64,000 nt of DNA, from the NCBI RefSeq assembly GCF_009834535.1, contig NC_045696.1, positions 67,520,001 to 67,584,000 on the forward strand, written 5' to 3'. Every line of letters starts with the position of its first letter. Position 1 is the first letter of the stretch. A model generated the notes under the pieces. It did no database searches and had not been told where the DNA came from. It saw only the letters and a program-made list of their open reading frames with translations. The stretch is from Camelus ferus (lineage: Eukaryota). The position numbers and the translations under genes are program-made. This document shows positions 38,076 to 50,459 of the stretch, one piece after another.

Positions 38076-39507
38076 ATTGAACCCAGTTGGATAAGAGACT
38101 AGAAAAGCTGCCACTCACTCACAGGGGAAGAAGACGGCTTCCAAGAGAGCTGGACGCCCCTTTGCTAATTATTAAAGCTCACATGGCCCAGACGAGCAGG
38201 CTCACTTAAAGGGCGGGCTGGTGATTATTATGGCTTCAGGACATCAGGGAAATGATAGGCTACATCCCGCATTCTGGGCCTTGATTTTGTTATCAGCACA
38301 ATGGAAAAGGGAGACTTGAGTCCTTTATCTTTTTAATCTCGTCCTCCTGGAGTTCTAAATACAGAGAAACATCTCTGTGCCTCTGACTGCTGTCTGCCAG
38401 CCCCTCTGACGCTGACAGCCACCACAGCTGGGCTCGCTGTGATGTGGACCAGTGCCCACCAGAGGGACTAGAGGCACACTCACTCACAGTCCACGGCCCT
38501 GACTTCCTCCCCTCTACAGAAGCTTCAAGATGCTGTGGCTTCTACTCTCTATAAAAATCTTCCCTTGCATCAGAAAGTGAGGAAGTTTTAAACTAAAGGT
38601 AGTGTCACTTTTATCTTACACTATAGATACAGCTAATACTTGAACGCGTTGTCTCATGAATCCCAGACGTCTACCTGTGCATATGGGAGGTATGGGCTAT
38701 GGGAGATCTGTGTATTCCAGAGACCTTGTTAGCAGGTTAGGGTGACTGAGCAGAGGAACTTACTTTGATTTTACTTGATTTCTGATTTCAACACATATTA
38801 TGAGTGACTGGGGAAGAGGAGGGTCAAATTCATCTAATCTATTCTTCTTTGCTTTTGGCTATTTCTCCTCTGCCTCGGAGTCAGCCAGGTAGGTTTCTTT
38901 ACTCCTAGAAGAAATCTGTGAACTTTTAGATGGTTTCCACTGTACTGTGTTGGAGAAGTTGGTCCTGCCAGAGGAACTGAAGCCCTTCAGAAGAAGAGGG
39001 AACAAGCCACTCTAAGATCCTGCCAGTGCAAATCTGAATTCTTACCATTTAGTAAGAGGTTTACTGAAACCCTAGACAGAAAGGTAGGATTCATGGGCCC
39101 CACTTCTCACCAGTGACAACACCGGTAACTCCCAGTACAACCCAAGGTGGAGGCAACGAGCTTGCACTGGGTGGGAGGAAGAAGTTATTACGGTGCCACT
39201 CTCCAGAATCATAAATAATGACTGGCACATAATGAATCCACCAGATTGGAGCAGAAACCGTGCAAGATGGAGGACAATTCTCAAAGTGAGAACAATACCA
39301 AGTATTCTATCTCTTCCCCATTAAAATCTTGAAAGACTTTAAATTGTCAACTCCTATCCCGTCCTGAAAACTATGAGAATATACAGGATGAGGCTGGGCA
39401 CAGTGCTTGGGCCAAAGGAACAGAACAAGAGGAAGGCAGTGGGAGAGAACCAATGCAGGAGCAGAAGGAGGGTGCCTGGGCTCAGAAGACGTGTCTTGTC
39501 TGGGACA

Positions 39508-40290
39508 TTCATTCAGTTCACGCTGATACAGCATCTTCATGTGTCAGGCACCAGGTCATGACAGGGGATATGACAGAGCCTTCAATACATCCAGAGGACA
39601 GAAACCTTCCCCGTGTCAAAGGATAGGATGCAGACAAGCACAGCTCAAATCCAGACTAAAAAGTAATGGGTGCTCTGAAGGGAGACCCAGGGTGCTATGA
39701 ACTGCACAGATCAGCAGGACAAAACAGCCTTGAGAGGCAGGCAGACTCCATGGAGGAAGTGAAAAGCCAGCTGAGACTTGAAGCACGGGATGGGGAAGAG
39801 CACCACAGACAGAAAAAGACTGTGCACCAAGGGCTGGGGGTGGACCGACCACGGTGCCCCTGGAAAACTGCAAGCAGCCCAGTGTGATGAGGGTGCAGAG
39901 TGACGGAGTGAGACTGGAGAGCTACAAAAGGTCTGTTGTATCTCAGCCACGTCGTCGCAGGAGCACACTCATTCAAGTGTGACCGGCTCAAGGCCAGTGA
40001 CAAAAGGGCACGTGAACAAGCACATTAAAATATGTTAAGGAGCTTGGCTTTTATATGTAGAATAACTAGGGACAGGTAGCACTGGGAAGAGGAACCCACT
40101 GAAGGGTTTGAAATAGGGGAGTAACGTGACGAAGCCTGAATTTTAGAAAGGTTATTCGTTCTTCCACCAGGAAGATATTCTGGAGTAGGGAGCAAGCACA
40201 CAAATCTAGGTGGCCAAGGGGCCAGAGGGAGCAAAGAGTGGATGGGCACTCATTTGTTTCAGATGCAGGGCCTTGATCCGCAGGAGGCTG
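39508..40290 (-). mobile_element. L2 LINE fragment
   Basis: ttcattcagttca...tgtgtcaggcac; cagactccatggaggaagtga; ccactgaagggtttgaaataggggagtaacgtgac. Confidence 0.8.
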
Positions 40291-40599
40291 GTGTTGAGAG
40301 GTGATGGGTGGCCCTCCCACTCTGAGGCCTCACGCCATGAACGCTGACAGGTCACCAGGGGCAGGAAAGGCCGAAGATCAGTCACCTGCTTGCTGTTATG
40401 GGTGAAGGTGGGAATTCCGACTTGCTGAGTGGGATTATTAATTTTTTTTTTACTTTAAAAGTCATATTAATCTAAAGTTTCCAAAGCAGTTGTTATTTGT
40501 CTTTTAGGTTTTTCTATTTGGAGGCAATTATATTGAGCAAACCAATGAAAACCACAATAGCTCACTGAAATAAGAGAAATTGTCTAAGCTGGATGATAG

Positions 40600-41590
40600 C
40601 TTTTCAAATTTTTATATGTATACACATGTATACTCATTGAAAAGTCAAATTGTTATAGAAGGACATAAAGTGAAAAAACCCCATCCCAGAAGTAACCACC
40701 AAAAAGGGTTGACAATTCCTACAATTCCTCTATGCTTGTACAAATGTGGTGAGTGTGTGGGTGCACATGGACACACGTACACATTAACATATAAGCATCC
40801 TTTTAAAAAGTTTTTCTTTAAACACAAATCAGATCCTTTATGTACCGTTCTGCTCCTTGTTTTTTCTTAAACTAGTTTTTCTTGAGTATTTTTTTATAGT
40901 ACATATAGATTTACCTTGTTTTTCTAGTAGCCACCATGTTACTTTATAAATTTGCCATATATTATTTATTTTGTATTTATTTATTTATTTCTAGGGGCGA
41001 TAATTAGGTGTTTGTTTATTTATTTATTTTTAATGGAGAGTCTGGGGATTGAACCCAGGACCTCATGCATGCTAAGCACGCACTCTACCACTGAGCTATA
41101 CCCTTCCCACCTCTTATTTATTTTGTAATTGTATTTAAGTAATCTCTCCAACTTTACAAACAATGCCGCAGTGTGTATTATTGACCAGGTATTGCCAGTG
41201 CCCTTGTGCAAATCTATCAAAAAGCATACTGTTTGAAATTAAATCATAGTGTCAAAATATGGGTACAATTAAAATTTTGAAAGATAGTACTAAATTTTGT
41301 TTCCAAAAGATTGTATCAATTTGTACTCCAATCAAAAACATATGAGAGTATGTGTTCCCCACACCTTTGCCCAAACCAGATATTAAAGTTGTAAATCGTG
41401 GCCATTCTGATAAGGGAAAAATGATATTTAAAACTGCATTTCTTTAACTACAATAAAGCTGAACATCTTTTCATAGATTTCGTAGTTATTTTTATTGCCT
41501 CTTCTACAAATTGCCATTGATGTCCTCACTCTTTTTGTCTAATGGATAATGCTTTTAAGTCAATTTTCATGGGATTTTTATACATAATCA
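40600..41590 (-). mobile_element. Old L1M 3' fragment, host of a vic-1 SINE
   Basis: ttccaaaagattgtatcaatttgtactccaatcaa...tatgagagt...gccattctgata...gctgaacatcttttcata. Confidence 0.8.
40976..41108 (-). mobile_element. vic-1 camelid SINE (tRNA-Ala-derived)
   Basis: Minus strand reads GGGAAGGGTATAGCTCAGTGGTAGAGTGCGTGCTTAGCATGCATGAGGTCCTGGGTTCAATCCCCAG with A and B boxes and a (TAAA)n tail; ttatttattttgta at 40962-40975 and 41114-41127 is a probable TSD. Confidence 0.95.
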
Positions 41591-41728
41591 AAATTACTGG
41601 CTCCACATGAACAAGTCACTAAGCCTCCGTTTCCAAAGGTGAGGCTTAAATGAGATAACAAATATGAAAGCACACTGAGAACCATGAAGCACAGCAGACA
41701 CGTAATTCTTGTATTTTACAAGATTTCA

Positions 41729-41914
41729 GGGGGGAGGGTACAGCTCAGTGGTAGAGTGTGTGCTGAGCATGTGTGAGGTCCTGGGTTCAATCCTCATTAC
41801 CTCCATTCAAACAAACAAACAAACAAACAAACAGATAAACCTAATTACCTCCCCCAAATCCCTCCAAAATAAATAAGTTATATTAAACCGAAAAAAAAAA
41901 TGACATTAAAAAAA
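41729..41914 (+). mobile_element. vic-1 camelid SINE (tRNA-Ala-derived)
   Basis: GGGGAGGGTACAGCTCAGTGGTAGAG...GGTCCTGGGTTCAATCC, (CAAA)n, CCTAATTACCTCCCC and A tail; TSD aagatttc at 41720-41727 and 41915-41922. Confidence 0.95.
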
Positions 41915-42524
41915 AAGATTTCTTCACTGGAGTGTTTCACTGCACATACATAACTTGGCCACATGATGGGACACAATGAGATAGGTGTTTAGACATCCTT
42001 TAAAGGGACAGGCATGGTCAGTCAATTACTCCAGGTTAATTGCAGCCCCCCAGTCAGTGTACAGACAGTTGGACCCAGCTTTCCTGATTTCTAGTTCGGT
42101 GTACTTTCCACTACGCTAGACGTGTCATAATAACTATTAAAAAACAATAATAACAAAAGACTCACTGTGGATGGGGTAACACATTTGGTGAAGTAACCAC
42201 GGGGGTTGGAGGGACCACCAACGGGGAGGACCAGCAGGCCCTACTGCGATGAGCCAGTCCCCAGAGCTGCAGCCACAGAAACAGAGAAGGCGCTCCAAAG
42301 ACTCACGATGCTGACACTGTCAGCACTGGCAGACCCTGAGTCATTCTGGTCTATACAGTGTAGGAGAGAACTTGCAAAAGCACTTGAGAAGAGTGCTGGC
42401 AAGACTGAGAGGAAATGACTAAGAGGTTTGGAAATCAGGGGCCGTGCAGCAGGGAATCATTTATCCCAGGGCTGCCCCTTCAGCGCTTATGCGGATGGCT
42501 TTGGAGCCAGTGATCTCATCTTTG

Positions 42525-43735
42525 TTCAGTTCAGTCCAGCCTATTGGTCAAAAAGCACTTATCGAGTGTTTTCTATAGGATGCAATGAGGAACAAGATAT
42601 CACCCCTGCCCTTTGGGGGAGCTTATAGCTAATACATAGATAATTTAAATACAATCTTCTAAGAGGTAGGGTAGGGATAAAGCAGGAGATGCTGTCACAG
42701 TGCATGGGGGGAGCAGAGGGAGGCCAAGGTATGAGGATCACATTCACTTTTGAGGGAAGTCATGTCTAATGAAGGCTTAAGGAGGAGTATTTTCGGCTAG
42801 GTGATGGAGATGGAAGTGAGAAAGTCATGTATTCCAAGAAGGGAAAGTATTTGCTCAGCCCCCAGGTAAGAGACAGCTTCCCTGTCTTGGGAGCGAGCGT
42901 GTGTGTGTCTGTGTGTGTGTCTGTGGCACGTGTTCGTGTGTGTAAGTGGCTATGGGCGTGTTGCATGCCGGTCTGAGGAGTGTGAACTTCATCGTTCACA
43001 CACAGGCAGTGAAAACTCACCGAAGGATTCTGAAGGTAGATATAAAGAAAACTAAAGTGTCCTATCAGGATTTGGTGAGCCAGGGGGTAAGAGGAGAGAG
43101 GGAAGAAAGACCAGGAATCAGGACAGCTTCTGTGCCTTTTCAGTCAAGGGCAAACAAGTGGTGCCGTTCACCAAAGAGCGGGTTTAAAGGGAAAATCGTG
43201 CGTTCAGTTTATGCCAGTTTCTGAAGACTGGTGAGTGGGTAGGCACAAAGTCCGGAGCTCGGAGAGAGACTCAGCTGCAGTACCTTGGGCATGGAGTCTT
43301 CAGCACATAGATGGTACCTGTAGTCATGGGGGCAGATGAAACCACTTAGGCGAGTGTGGCGTGAGCCCAGAAGGGGATTAGGGCAGAACACAGAAAAACA
43401 CTGAATTTAGGGAATGAAGAAGGGAAAGGAAATCTGTTAATAATAGTAATAATAAAAAGAGCGGAAAGTTGTGAGTAGAGAGGTAGGAGGAAAAACCAGA
43501 GTGGATGGTGTCCCAGAAGCCAAATCAAGACAGCGTTTAGAGGAGATAGTGTCAACAGCTTTAAATGGCACAGAGGGCTCAAGAAAGATAAGGAATGAAG
43601 GGTCCCCAGTGTATTTAGCTTCAAAGAGGCCACTGGTGATGCTGAGGAGTGCAGTGTAAGCGGAGAGGTGGGGACAGAAGCCGGATTGCAGGGGGTGAGT
43701 AGTAAGTAGGAGGTGAGAGAGCAGAAGGAACAAAA
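42525..43735 (-). mobile_element. Long L2 fragment
   Basis: gtggtgccgttcacc; tggtgtcccagaagccaa; aagaaagataaggaatgaag...gtatttagc...ccactggtga; gggacagaagccggattgca. Confidence 0.85.
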
Positions 43736-43744
43736 CTTGGATAT

Positions 43745-44399
43745 GTGTTAGTATGTGCACATGTGTGTGTATGCATGTACACACATGCACATATGCACAT
43801 ACTTGCCTCTAGGCAATTTTGTTACATGTATAGATTCATAAGTCCACCACCACAGCCAAGATACAGAGCAGTTCCCTCAGAAGGATCCCTCCTGTTTCCC
43901 CTTTATAACTAAATCTACTCCCACCCATTTTTAGCCCCTGACTCCTCCCCTTCAACCTTAACCCCTGACAACCACTCATCTATTCTCTATATCTACCATC
44001 CTTTCAAGAATGTTATATAAATGGAATTATACAGTATGTAACTTTTTGGGATTAGCTTTTTCTACTCGGCATAATTCTCTTGAGATTCATCCAAGTTGTG
44101 GTGTGTATCAATAATTCACTCCTTTTATTGCTGAATAGTATTTCAGGGTAAAAATATACCACCTGTTGAAGGACATCTGGGTTGTTTCTAGTTTGGGGCT
44201 ATTATGAATATAACTGCTATGAACAGATTTTTGAGTAAATACATCTTCATTTCTCTGGGATAACAGCCCACAAGTCAATTTCTGGCTTATATGATAGCTA
44301 CGTGTTTAGTTTTTAAAGAAATTTCCTAATTGTTTTCCAGTGTGGCTGTACCATTTTATATCCCCAAAGTACCAGTTTATTCACATCCTTTCCAGCATT
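43745..44399 (-). mobile_element. L1MD-like 3' segment
   Basis: ccaccaccacagccaagatacagagcagttcc; tttcaagaatgttatataaatggaattatacagtatgtaac; gttgaaggacatctgggttgtttc; gtggctgtaccatttta. Confidence 0.9.
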
Positions 44400-44497
44400 C
44401 CAACATCACTGGCCATTAGGGAAATGGAAATAAGAAGTATAATGACATATCACTATACACATCAGAATGGCTAAAGAGAAAAACAGCAACAGTACCA
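44400..44497 (+). mobile_element. Inverted 5' segment of the same L1
   Basis: caacatcactggccattagggaaatg...atcagaatggctaaa...agtacca is sense-strand L1 ORF2, lying just upstream in the consensus of where the antisense segment begins. Confidence 0.8.
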
Positions 44498-44499
44498 TC

Positions 44500-45600
44500 A
44501 AGGCACCTGTTTGAGGCATGTCAGCATGTTGATGGTACGTGAAAGCTTGGGAGGAAATGACAGTGACTACAGAGAGAACTGGAGGAGAAATGCAGTCAGG
44601 AAAAACTGGGTAATTTAGGGGTCATGGAAGCGGGAGCAAGACAGGAAAAAAAAATATGAGAAGTAGATAAATAGAAAATCAGAAAGCTGGAGATGTCAAG
44701 GAAGCTGGGAGGATAGCTTTTTAAAGATGAATTTCCATCCCCCCAGAGATGTCCTGTCAGATGAACATTGATACTGACTGATGGTTTTGGCAGTATGGAA
44801 GCCACAAGTCACAGATGTCCTTGGCCAGGGTAGTTGAGGTAGGAGTGCTGCAGAGAAAAGCCAAGCAGGAGGAAGGGCTCTGTGAGGAAAGGAAAAGGAG
44901 GCAACATATGTAATGAAAAGCTTCCTAGAGTCTGGCTGTGAGGAGGAGATAATGCAATAGCCAGAGAGAGCTGTGCAGTCCTTGGAGGGAACACGATCGC
45001 CATGCAGGACGCAACCGGACACGGATGAGAAGAGTCCAGGAAGAAGGACAGGCGGAGGATCCAGGATGAAGACTAGATGACCTGTGGGGTGGGGGTCCTG
45101 AGGGGACGGGAACGGGATCAGAACACACGTTTGGATCACCCGGTATTTGATAATCTGATGGGCTCTTCCGCTCCTGCAGCAGAAGGAACAGAGAGGACAG
45201 CGCAGACTTGATGGCAGCAGCTGAGGGAGCGTCATGTGGTGGCTTTCATTCTCGCTGTGGAGAATGAGGCATGCGTCCCTTGGGGAGGAGGGACTGGGGA
45301 CAGAGCGGCAGTCAGAAATCGGGGTCGAGTAGAAAATGCTGAGAGCAGTGGGTAAGAACGTAGGCGCTGAGGAGGGTCAAGTTTAGTCACAACTTCTCAT
45401 GATATCAACATGCCTGACCATGTGCTTTTCCCCAGCAATGTTCAGCTGCTTCGGTGAGCAAAAGACAAGTGGCTGGGTTCATCCAGATTGCAGTACTGCC
45501 AGGAGAGAGGGACAGGAGAGAAAAGCTAAGGACCGAGGGAAGGAAGACATTATGACGGAAATTCTTAACAGTATACTTAAAATCTATTTTCCAGAGGAGG
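44500..45600 (-). mobile_element. L2 internal (ORF2-region) fragments
   Basis: tggctttcattctcgctgtggagaatgaggca; tttccccagcaatgttcagctgc. Confidence 0.6.
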
Positions 45601-45637
45601 TGTGGTATTGTAAACGTCTACTGAGCGAATCTCAGAA

Positions 45638-45860
45638 ATGACAGCTAGCACCTATGAAACTGCTACTAGGAGCAAGGCACTGTGCTTGGCACTTACACAA
45701 ACTCATTTAACCTTCCCAGGAGTCCAACACAGTAAGTACTATCAGCCTTGCTTTAGAAAACCGAATAACCTTGACCTCTGTCACAAAGTACAGAGTAGCA
45801 GAGTCTGGGTTCAGGCTGATCTCTCTTTGATGTGACGCCGAGTTCTGTGCATTGCCTTGC
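45638..45860 (-). mobile_element. MIR SINE
   Basis: acagctagcacctatg...aggcactgtgcttggcacttacac...actcatttaacc. Confidence 0.75.
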
Positions 45861-47449
45861 AGCCTTCAGCTCAGGTGCAGGGAAACTGAGCCGAGTGACA
45901 AGAACGGTTTGAATGTCACGAGACAGGGAGTTTGGAGGATTCATCTTGACGCTTCCTGATGCGAATCTGCAGTTGCACATGAAGCTAAGTGCCCCTTAAC
46001 TGCAAAAGGAATTGGCTGGTAATGTCATATTATTTCCATCCAGGGCATGTGAATAACTCTGCTACCTTTCAAGAAGATAGGATACATACCACGTGGGCCA
46101 TTGGTGCAAGTATGCCTGGGGGTTTATGGACAAACAGGTCTCTCCCCGTGTTCCACTTCCATGTTGAAGAGACTGGTATTGGACATTTTCTCCACTCCCC
46201 CTTCCTTGACAAGAGTCCTGTCCACCACATCTCTGATGAGTGGTCATCTAGACCTGCCCCTTTCCCCACAGTGACGGCATGCTCTGTTTCACATGGTCTG
46301 TTCAGTCTCTGGGTATTTCTCAAGTGTCTGCCTTCCTTTTAATGCAGTACATATTGCTGAGGGCAAAAATACGTCTCATGAAAGGCAGTAGCCACTGTCT
46401 TAAAAAGTTCTATTTGATATTCACAAAACCTTCATATTATCATAGTGATCTCGCATAATGAAGGAAGTGGAAACCCCGTTTACCTCTCCCTGGTGAGTCC
46501 TACCCAATGAGCACACACAGGGCCAGTCTCACAGCCCTTTCACCCGAAAGCTCTCCAGCCCCGTCAGGCAGGGTCCAGGAGGGCCTTTCAGCCTCCAGAT
46601 TCATGCTTTAAACACAACTTGAAAATGAAATTGCTCAATCTCCTTTGAAAGGGTGACCGTTGCTTAACAGTTGGAAGTGTCTCCTCCGTTACTGGCACTG
46701 GGACTGCTGGGATTACTGGAAAAGGCTTTATGACTGGTTCTCTGAATCAAATATAGAAATTGTCAGGAGCATTCTGAAAGAAGCAGTGGGCCCCAACTTG
46801 GTAAGTCCATGGATTCAGAAGCAGGATGGTGTGATGAGAAGGTGCCCGGGCAACACTGAGCGGGGATGGGTGTGGGCTGATGGTGGTGAGGTCAGGGAGG
46901 CAGTGAGAAGGAGGAGCAAACAGGTAGGCACACTGGACTTTCACTGAACGTCCAGACTAAGCACAAGTCTGGGCTTCCACAGGACTGTGTCCCAGCGGCT
47001 GCAAAAACTGGCTGGAGACTCGTAGCCCCGAGCTTGAGCTCTTCCCCTGACCCCACAGCTGATTTATTTGAAACATCACTCTCTTCACCGAAGCCTCATT
47101 TCTTCACTTGTGCTTCTGGATTGAGAGACAAGATGAGCCTGTTGCTGGCAACCCTTAAAGAGGCTCTATTTACTGCCTCAGTGCTGGTCCTCATAGACTA
47201 CCTGTCCCCACGTTACTGCAGATTCATTTTGGATAGGATAGAGAGACCGCGGTGCTCCAAAGAAATGCTGCTCTAACGCAGTGCCTAGAAACCCAAAGGA
47301 CTGCCTTCAAATTTGCCAAAGTCCCTGAATTTGCATAACACCTCTGACAAGGGGCAGAAATCAAAGCTCTCCCTCACTCAAAGCATTTATAAATACATCC
47401 TACTCAGGCAAAACCTAAGGAAGTGATAATCGACTAACAGATACTCTGG

Positions 47450-47557
47450 GCTAAATGACAAAGTTTAGAGCCACAATGTCTTACATTCAAATCCTCTGAC
47501 CAGCTCTCTGTTCTTGGGCAAGTCTCTTAAGCTTTCTGAGCCTTGATTTCCTCTAAT

Positions 47558-47593
<36 letters not shown>

Positions 47594-47690
47594 CACACAC
47601 ACACACACAAAACCTATACATCAAGCTCAAATTGAGATTGGAAATGTTTCATAAACTGGAAAACACTAAGTAGTTACTGCTGTTACTGTT
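47450..47690 (+). mobile_element. MIR SINE containing a (CAA)n(CA)n microsatellite at 47560-47609
   Basis: ttcaaatcct...cttgggcaagtctcttaagctttctgagcctt. Confidence 0.75.
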
Positions 47691-48049
47691 CTTTAACACC
47701 AGACAATTTACGGATATCACCTATACCAAGACAGTGCTGACGGCTAAAGGTGCAGAGAAATAAGTAAGCTACCCCTGGACAGAGAGATGAAACATAAACT
47801 TTAATGTAAGTTAGAAAATGATAAACATCATAAATCTCATTTTACTTCTGCTTAAAACAGACTGATGAGAACGAGACCTAACATGCAATCTTACTTTTAC
47901 TCCACCAGAACTGGGAAGATTTTCCTTCAACTTGAATACATGTAAAACCTAGAATCTTCTTGGTTTTGATGTTGTTACCTATTTGTCTTTTAATCAAGTT
48001 CTACATATCTCAATGGGTCAATTTCTTTATTAAAGACAACAGGAATTCT

Positions 48050-48370
48050 AAGTACTACAGTACAGAAAGATACTGATATGCTGGACGAATCTAGAAGAAA
48101 GTGGTCAGGAGGGTAAGAGGCCTTGATATTAGGACAGACGAATTTAGCCTGAAGAGAATATTCAGATGGACTTGAGAACTTTCTTCAAATACCCGGTGGG
48201 CTTTTGAATGGGAGATGTATTAGCTGTCTTCTTTGCGGAGAGATGAGTAGATGTTGTAAGGAAACAGATTTCCATCCAAAATAAGAAGTAACTTTATAAC
48301 CTTTAGAGAGTTCAACAGAGGAAAAGCTGCCTCGAGAGCTAGTAAATTTCCCATCATTGGAACTCTGCTG
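48050..48370 (+). mobile_element. L3/CR1 LINE 3' fragment
   Basis: tttagcctgaagaga...tcttcaaatacc...cagatttccatccaaaataagaagtaacttt...gctgcctcgagagctagtaaatttcccatcattggaa. Confidence 0.75.
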
Positions 48371-49060
48371 ATTTAAAAGAATATAATGGTAAATCCATTG
48401 CAAAACAACTTTGCAAAATCCATTACAAGAAGACTTCTTTTCAAAAGTGAGTAAGCACCCTTCTGTTTGTTTCTTTTATAAATCATTCATTTGGCTAACT
48501 GGCACAAAATGAAAGTAGACTTCTATGTGCCGAGATCCACCCAAAGAAGAGAACCAAATGCACACTTGATGAGTTTGAAAGGGGCTTCTAAGTTCTACTC
48601 AAGCGAGCTTCTGCCATCCTCAGATCTCTGGGCTCCCTCCTTCATTGATCCACGACCCTTCCTGATTTTTCTGTTGTCCATTGTACAAGACGAAATAATT
48701 CATTGTCCATAAAGCCTGCTTTACAATCTAGTTTTCCTCATCAAGGTAATGTGTCTGCAATATGAACTTTCTCCAACATCCCCATCTCTTGAGAACATTA
48801 TCATCAGGTACTTTTTCAGAAGAGAGGGTAGCAAATTACTTCAAACTGCATGAATTTCTGTAAGTGCAATAACATTTCTCAGTTTTTAAAGGGCATCTTT
48901 TTTTTCTTTTAAAGTTGTCGTTTGAATTCAAATTCTTTGGAAAACATGCATAATAATCTTAATGATTCCATTGAGCAGTTTAAATTCAAATTGTGGAGCA
49001 TTTGAAATACCACGCTGGCAGCACTTTCCATAAATTACTCTCAAATTCAACACATCCCTC

Positions 49061-49100
49061 CACACACGTGTGCGTGCCCGCGCATACGCGCACACACACG
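49061..49100. repeat. Alternating purine/pyrimidine CA/CG tract
   Basis: cacacacgtgtgcgtgcccgcgcatacgcgcacacacacg. Confidence 0.8.
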
Positions 49101-50239
49101 CTCTTAACCAGTACCACCCTCAAAAATATTTAAATTACACTTTCTCTTCTTCTAGTCCCATTTAGATTGTTATTTGGTTGACAAATGAGTGCCATAGTGT
49201 CTGTTTATAAATTTCTAAATTATTTTTCAAGAAAACGATTTTGTAGTAGACATAAATTTTTACTTGTCCTTAGAGTAAGTGGAGTTCTGTTTTGTGGTAG
49301 GGTTGCTGGCTGTGGTGCTTGTGCTTGTGTTTCTGTGTACACATGCGTGTGAGTCTTGGTGTTTGATTTACTCATTTACCTTGCAATTCACTCTGTATAC
49401 AAGTATTTTTAGGAAATGCTGGGAGACGATCAAAAAGGTCACTTCTGCTAGAAAGACTGCTCACCTAGAACCTTTATAATGAGCTCCTATCTAAAGCAGA
49501 ATTGGACTAATTACATATCAGGAATTTAATGATTAAAGGAAACTCGTTTAGATATGTGAGAGAAAAACCTCATTTTCGCTTTATTTCTAGTATCTTTGAA
49601 GTTAGTATTTGTTCACAAAGCTTTCCAGTAAAATTTCAGAAACCAGGAAATATAAATGAGCTGGGAAATACTCTGCTTGTAATATATTAAAGCAATACAA
49701 AATGTTGAAATTGTGAAGAAGAATTCCAAGCTTGTGCAACTGACACATTTAATCACAACTTTGCTAGGAGGAAAAATTTCCCCATCATTTTGAAAATATG
49801 GGTGTTCTTTGCCACTGAATAGCACTGAACTCCATCCTCTTCCTGTGGAAAACAGTTGCAATGTTTGATACCACTTAAAATATCAATGAAACAGTAATGA
49901 TCAGATACTTGGGAATAATTAGAATTCTTTAAGACTGATTAAAGGCTGTTTTGATGTGTTAACGGCCGCTAATGAAGGTTACAATTCACTGACAGAAGAG
50001 AACAGTCATACAAGTACAACCCTCTAAACTGCAAATGTTGGGCACCTACTGGTTAAAACAGTATCACTGCTATATTGAGTATGTTAGTTTTTAGAAGCTA
50101 GCTCAGAAAGTTGTTTATTTTCCTTAAAAATGATTTTTAAAAGGCTAACTCAGACCTGTAAATTAAATGCTAATATACCCAAAGGCCAGCAGAAAACCTC
50201 CAGTGTTGCAAACGTCCGAGGGAAAAATCATCTACATCG

Positions 50240-50365
50240 TCATCACCATCATCAACAAATACTGAGTGAACGCCAGCCGAGTACGAGGCCGATACAAGGA
50301 GACTTCGGAGAGGCAACAGGACACAGGACATGGTAAGACACTCACAGTCTAGCTGGGGAGACAGG
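50240..50365 (-). mobile_element. L2 3' fragment
   Basis: tcaacaaatactgagtg...ctcacagtctagctggggagacag. Confidence 0.7.
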
Positions 50366-50459
50366 ACTGTGGCATGCTTAGATAAATAGCTACGAAATTA
50401 TTCCCCCAATCTTACATGTCCCCACCTCCCTGAAAGATGCAGTATGCACTTAACATGCT

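Noticed and set aside
38456..38469. CTCF-like CCACCAGAGGGACT
   Set aside because: Mismatch at a highly conserved core C; one such hit is expected by chance in 64 kb.
41033..41108. tRNA-Ala(AGC)-like sequence, with a second copy at ~41731-41797
   Set aside because: Followed by a SINE body, A-rich tail and TSDs, with a disrupted acceptor stem. It is the vic-1 SINE head, not a tRNA gene.
44696..45235. Longest ORF in the track (179 aa)
   Set aside because: Lies in decayed L2 sequence, shows no recognisable domain and has no exon structure.
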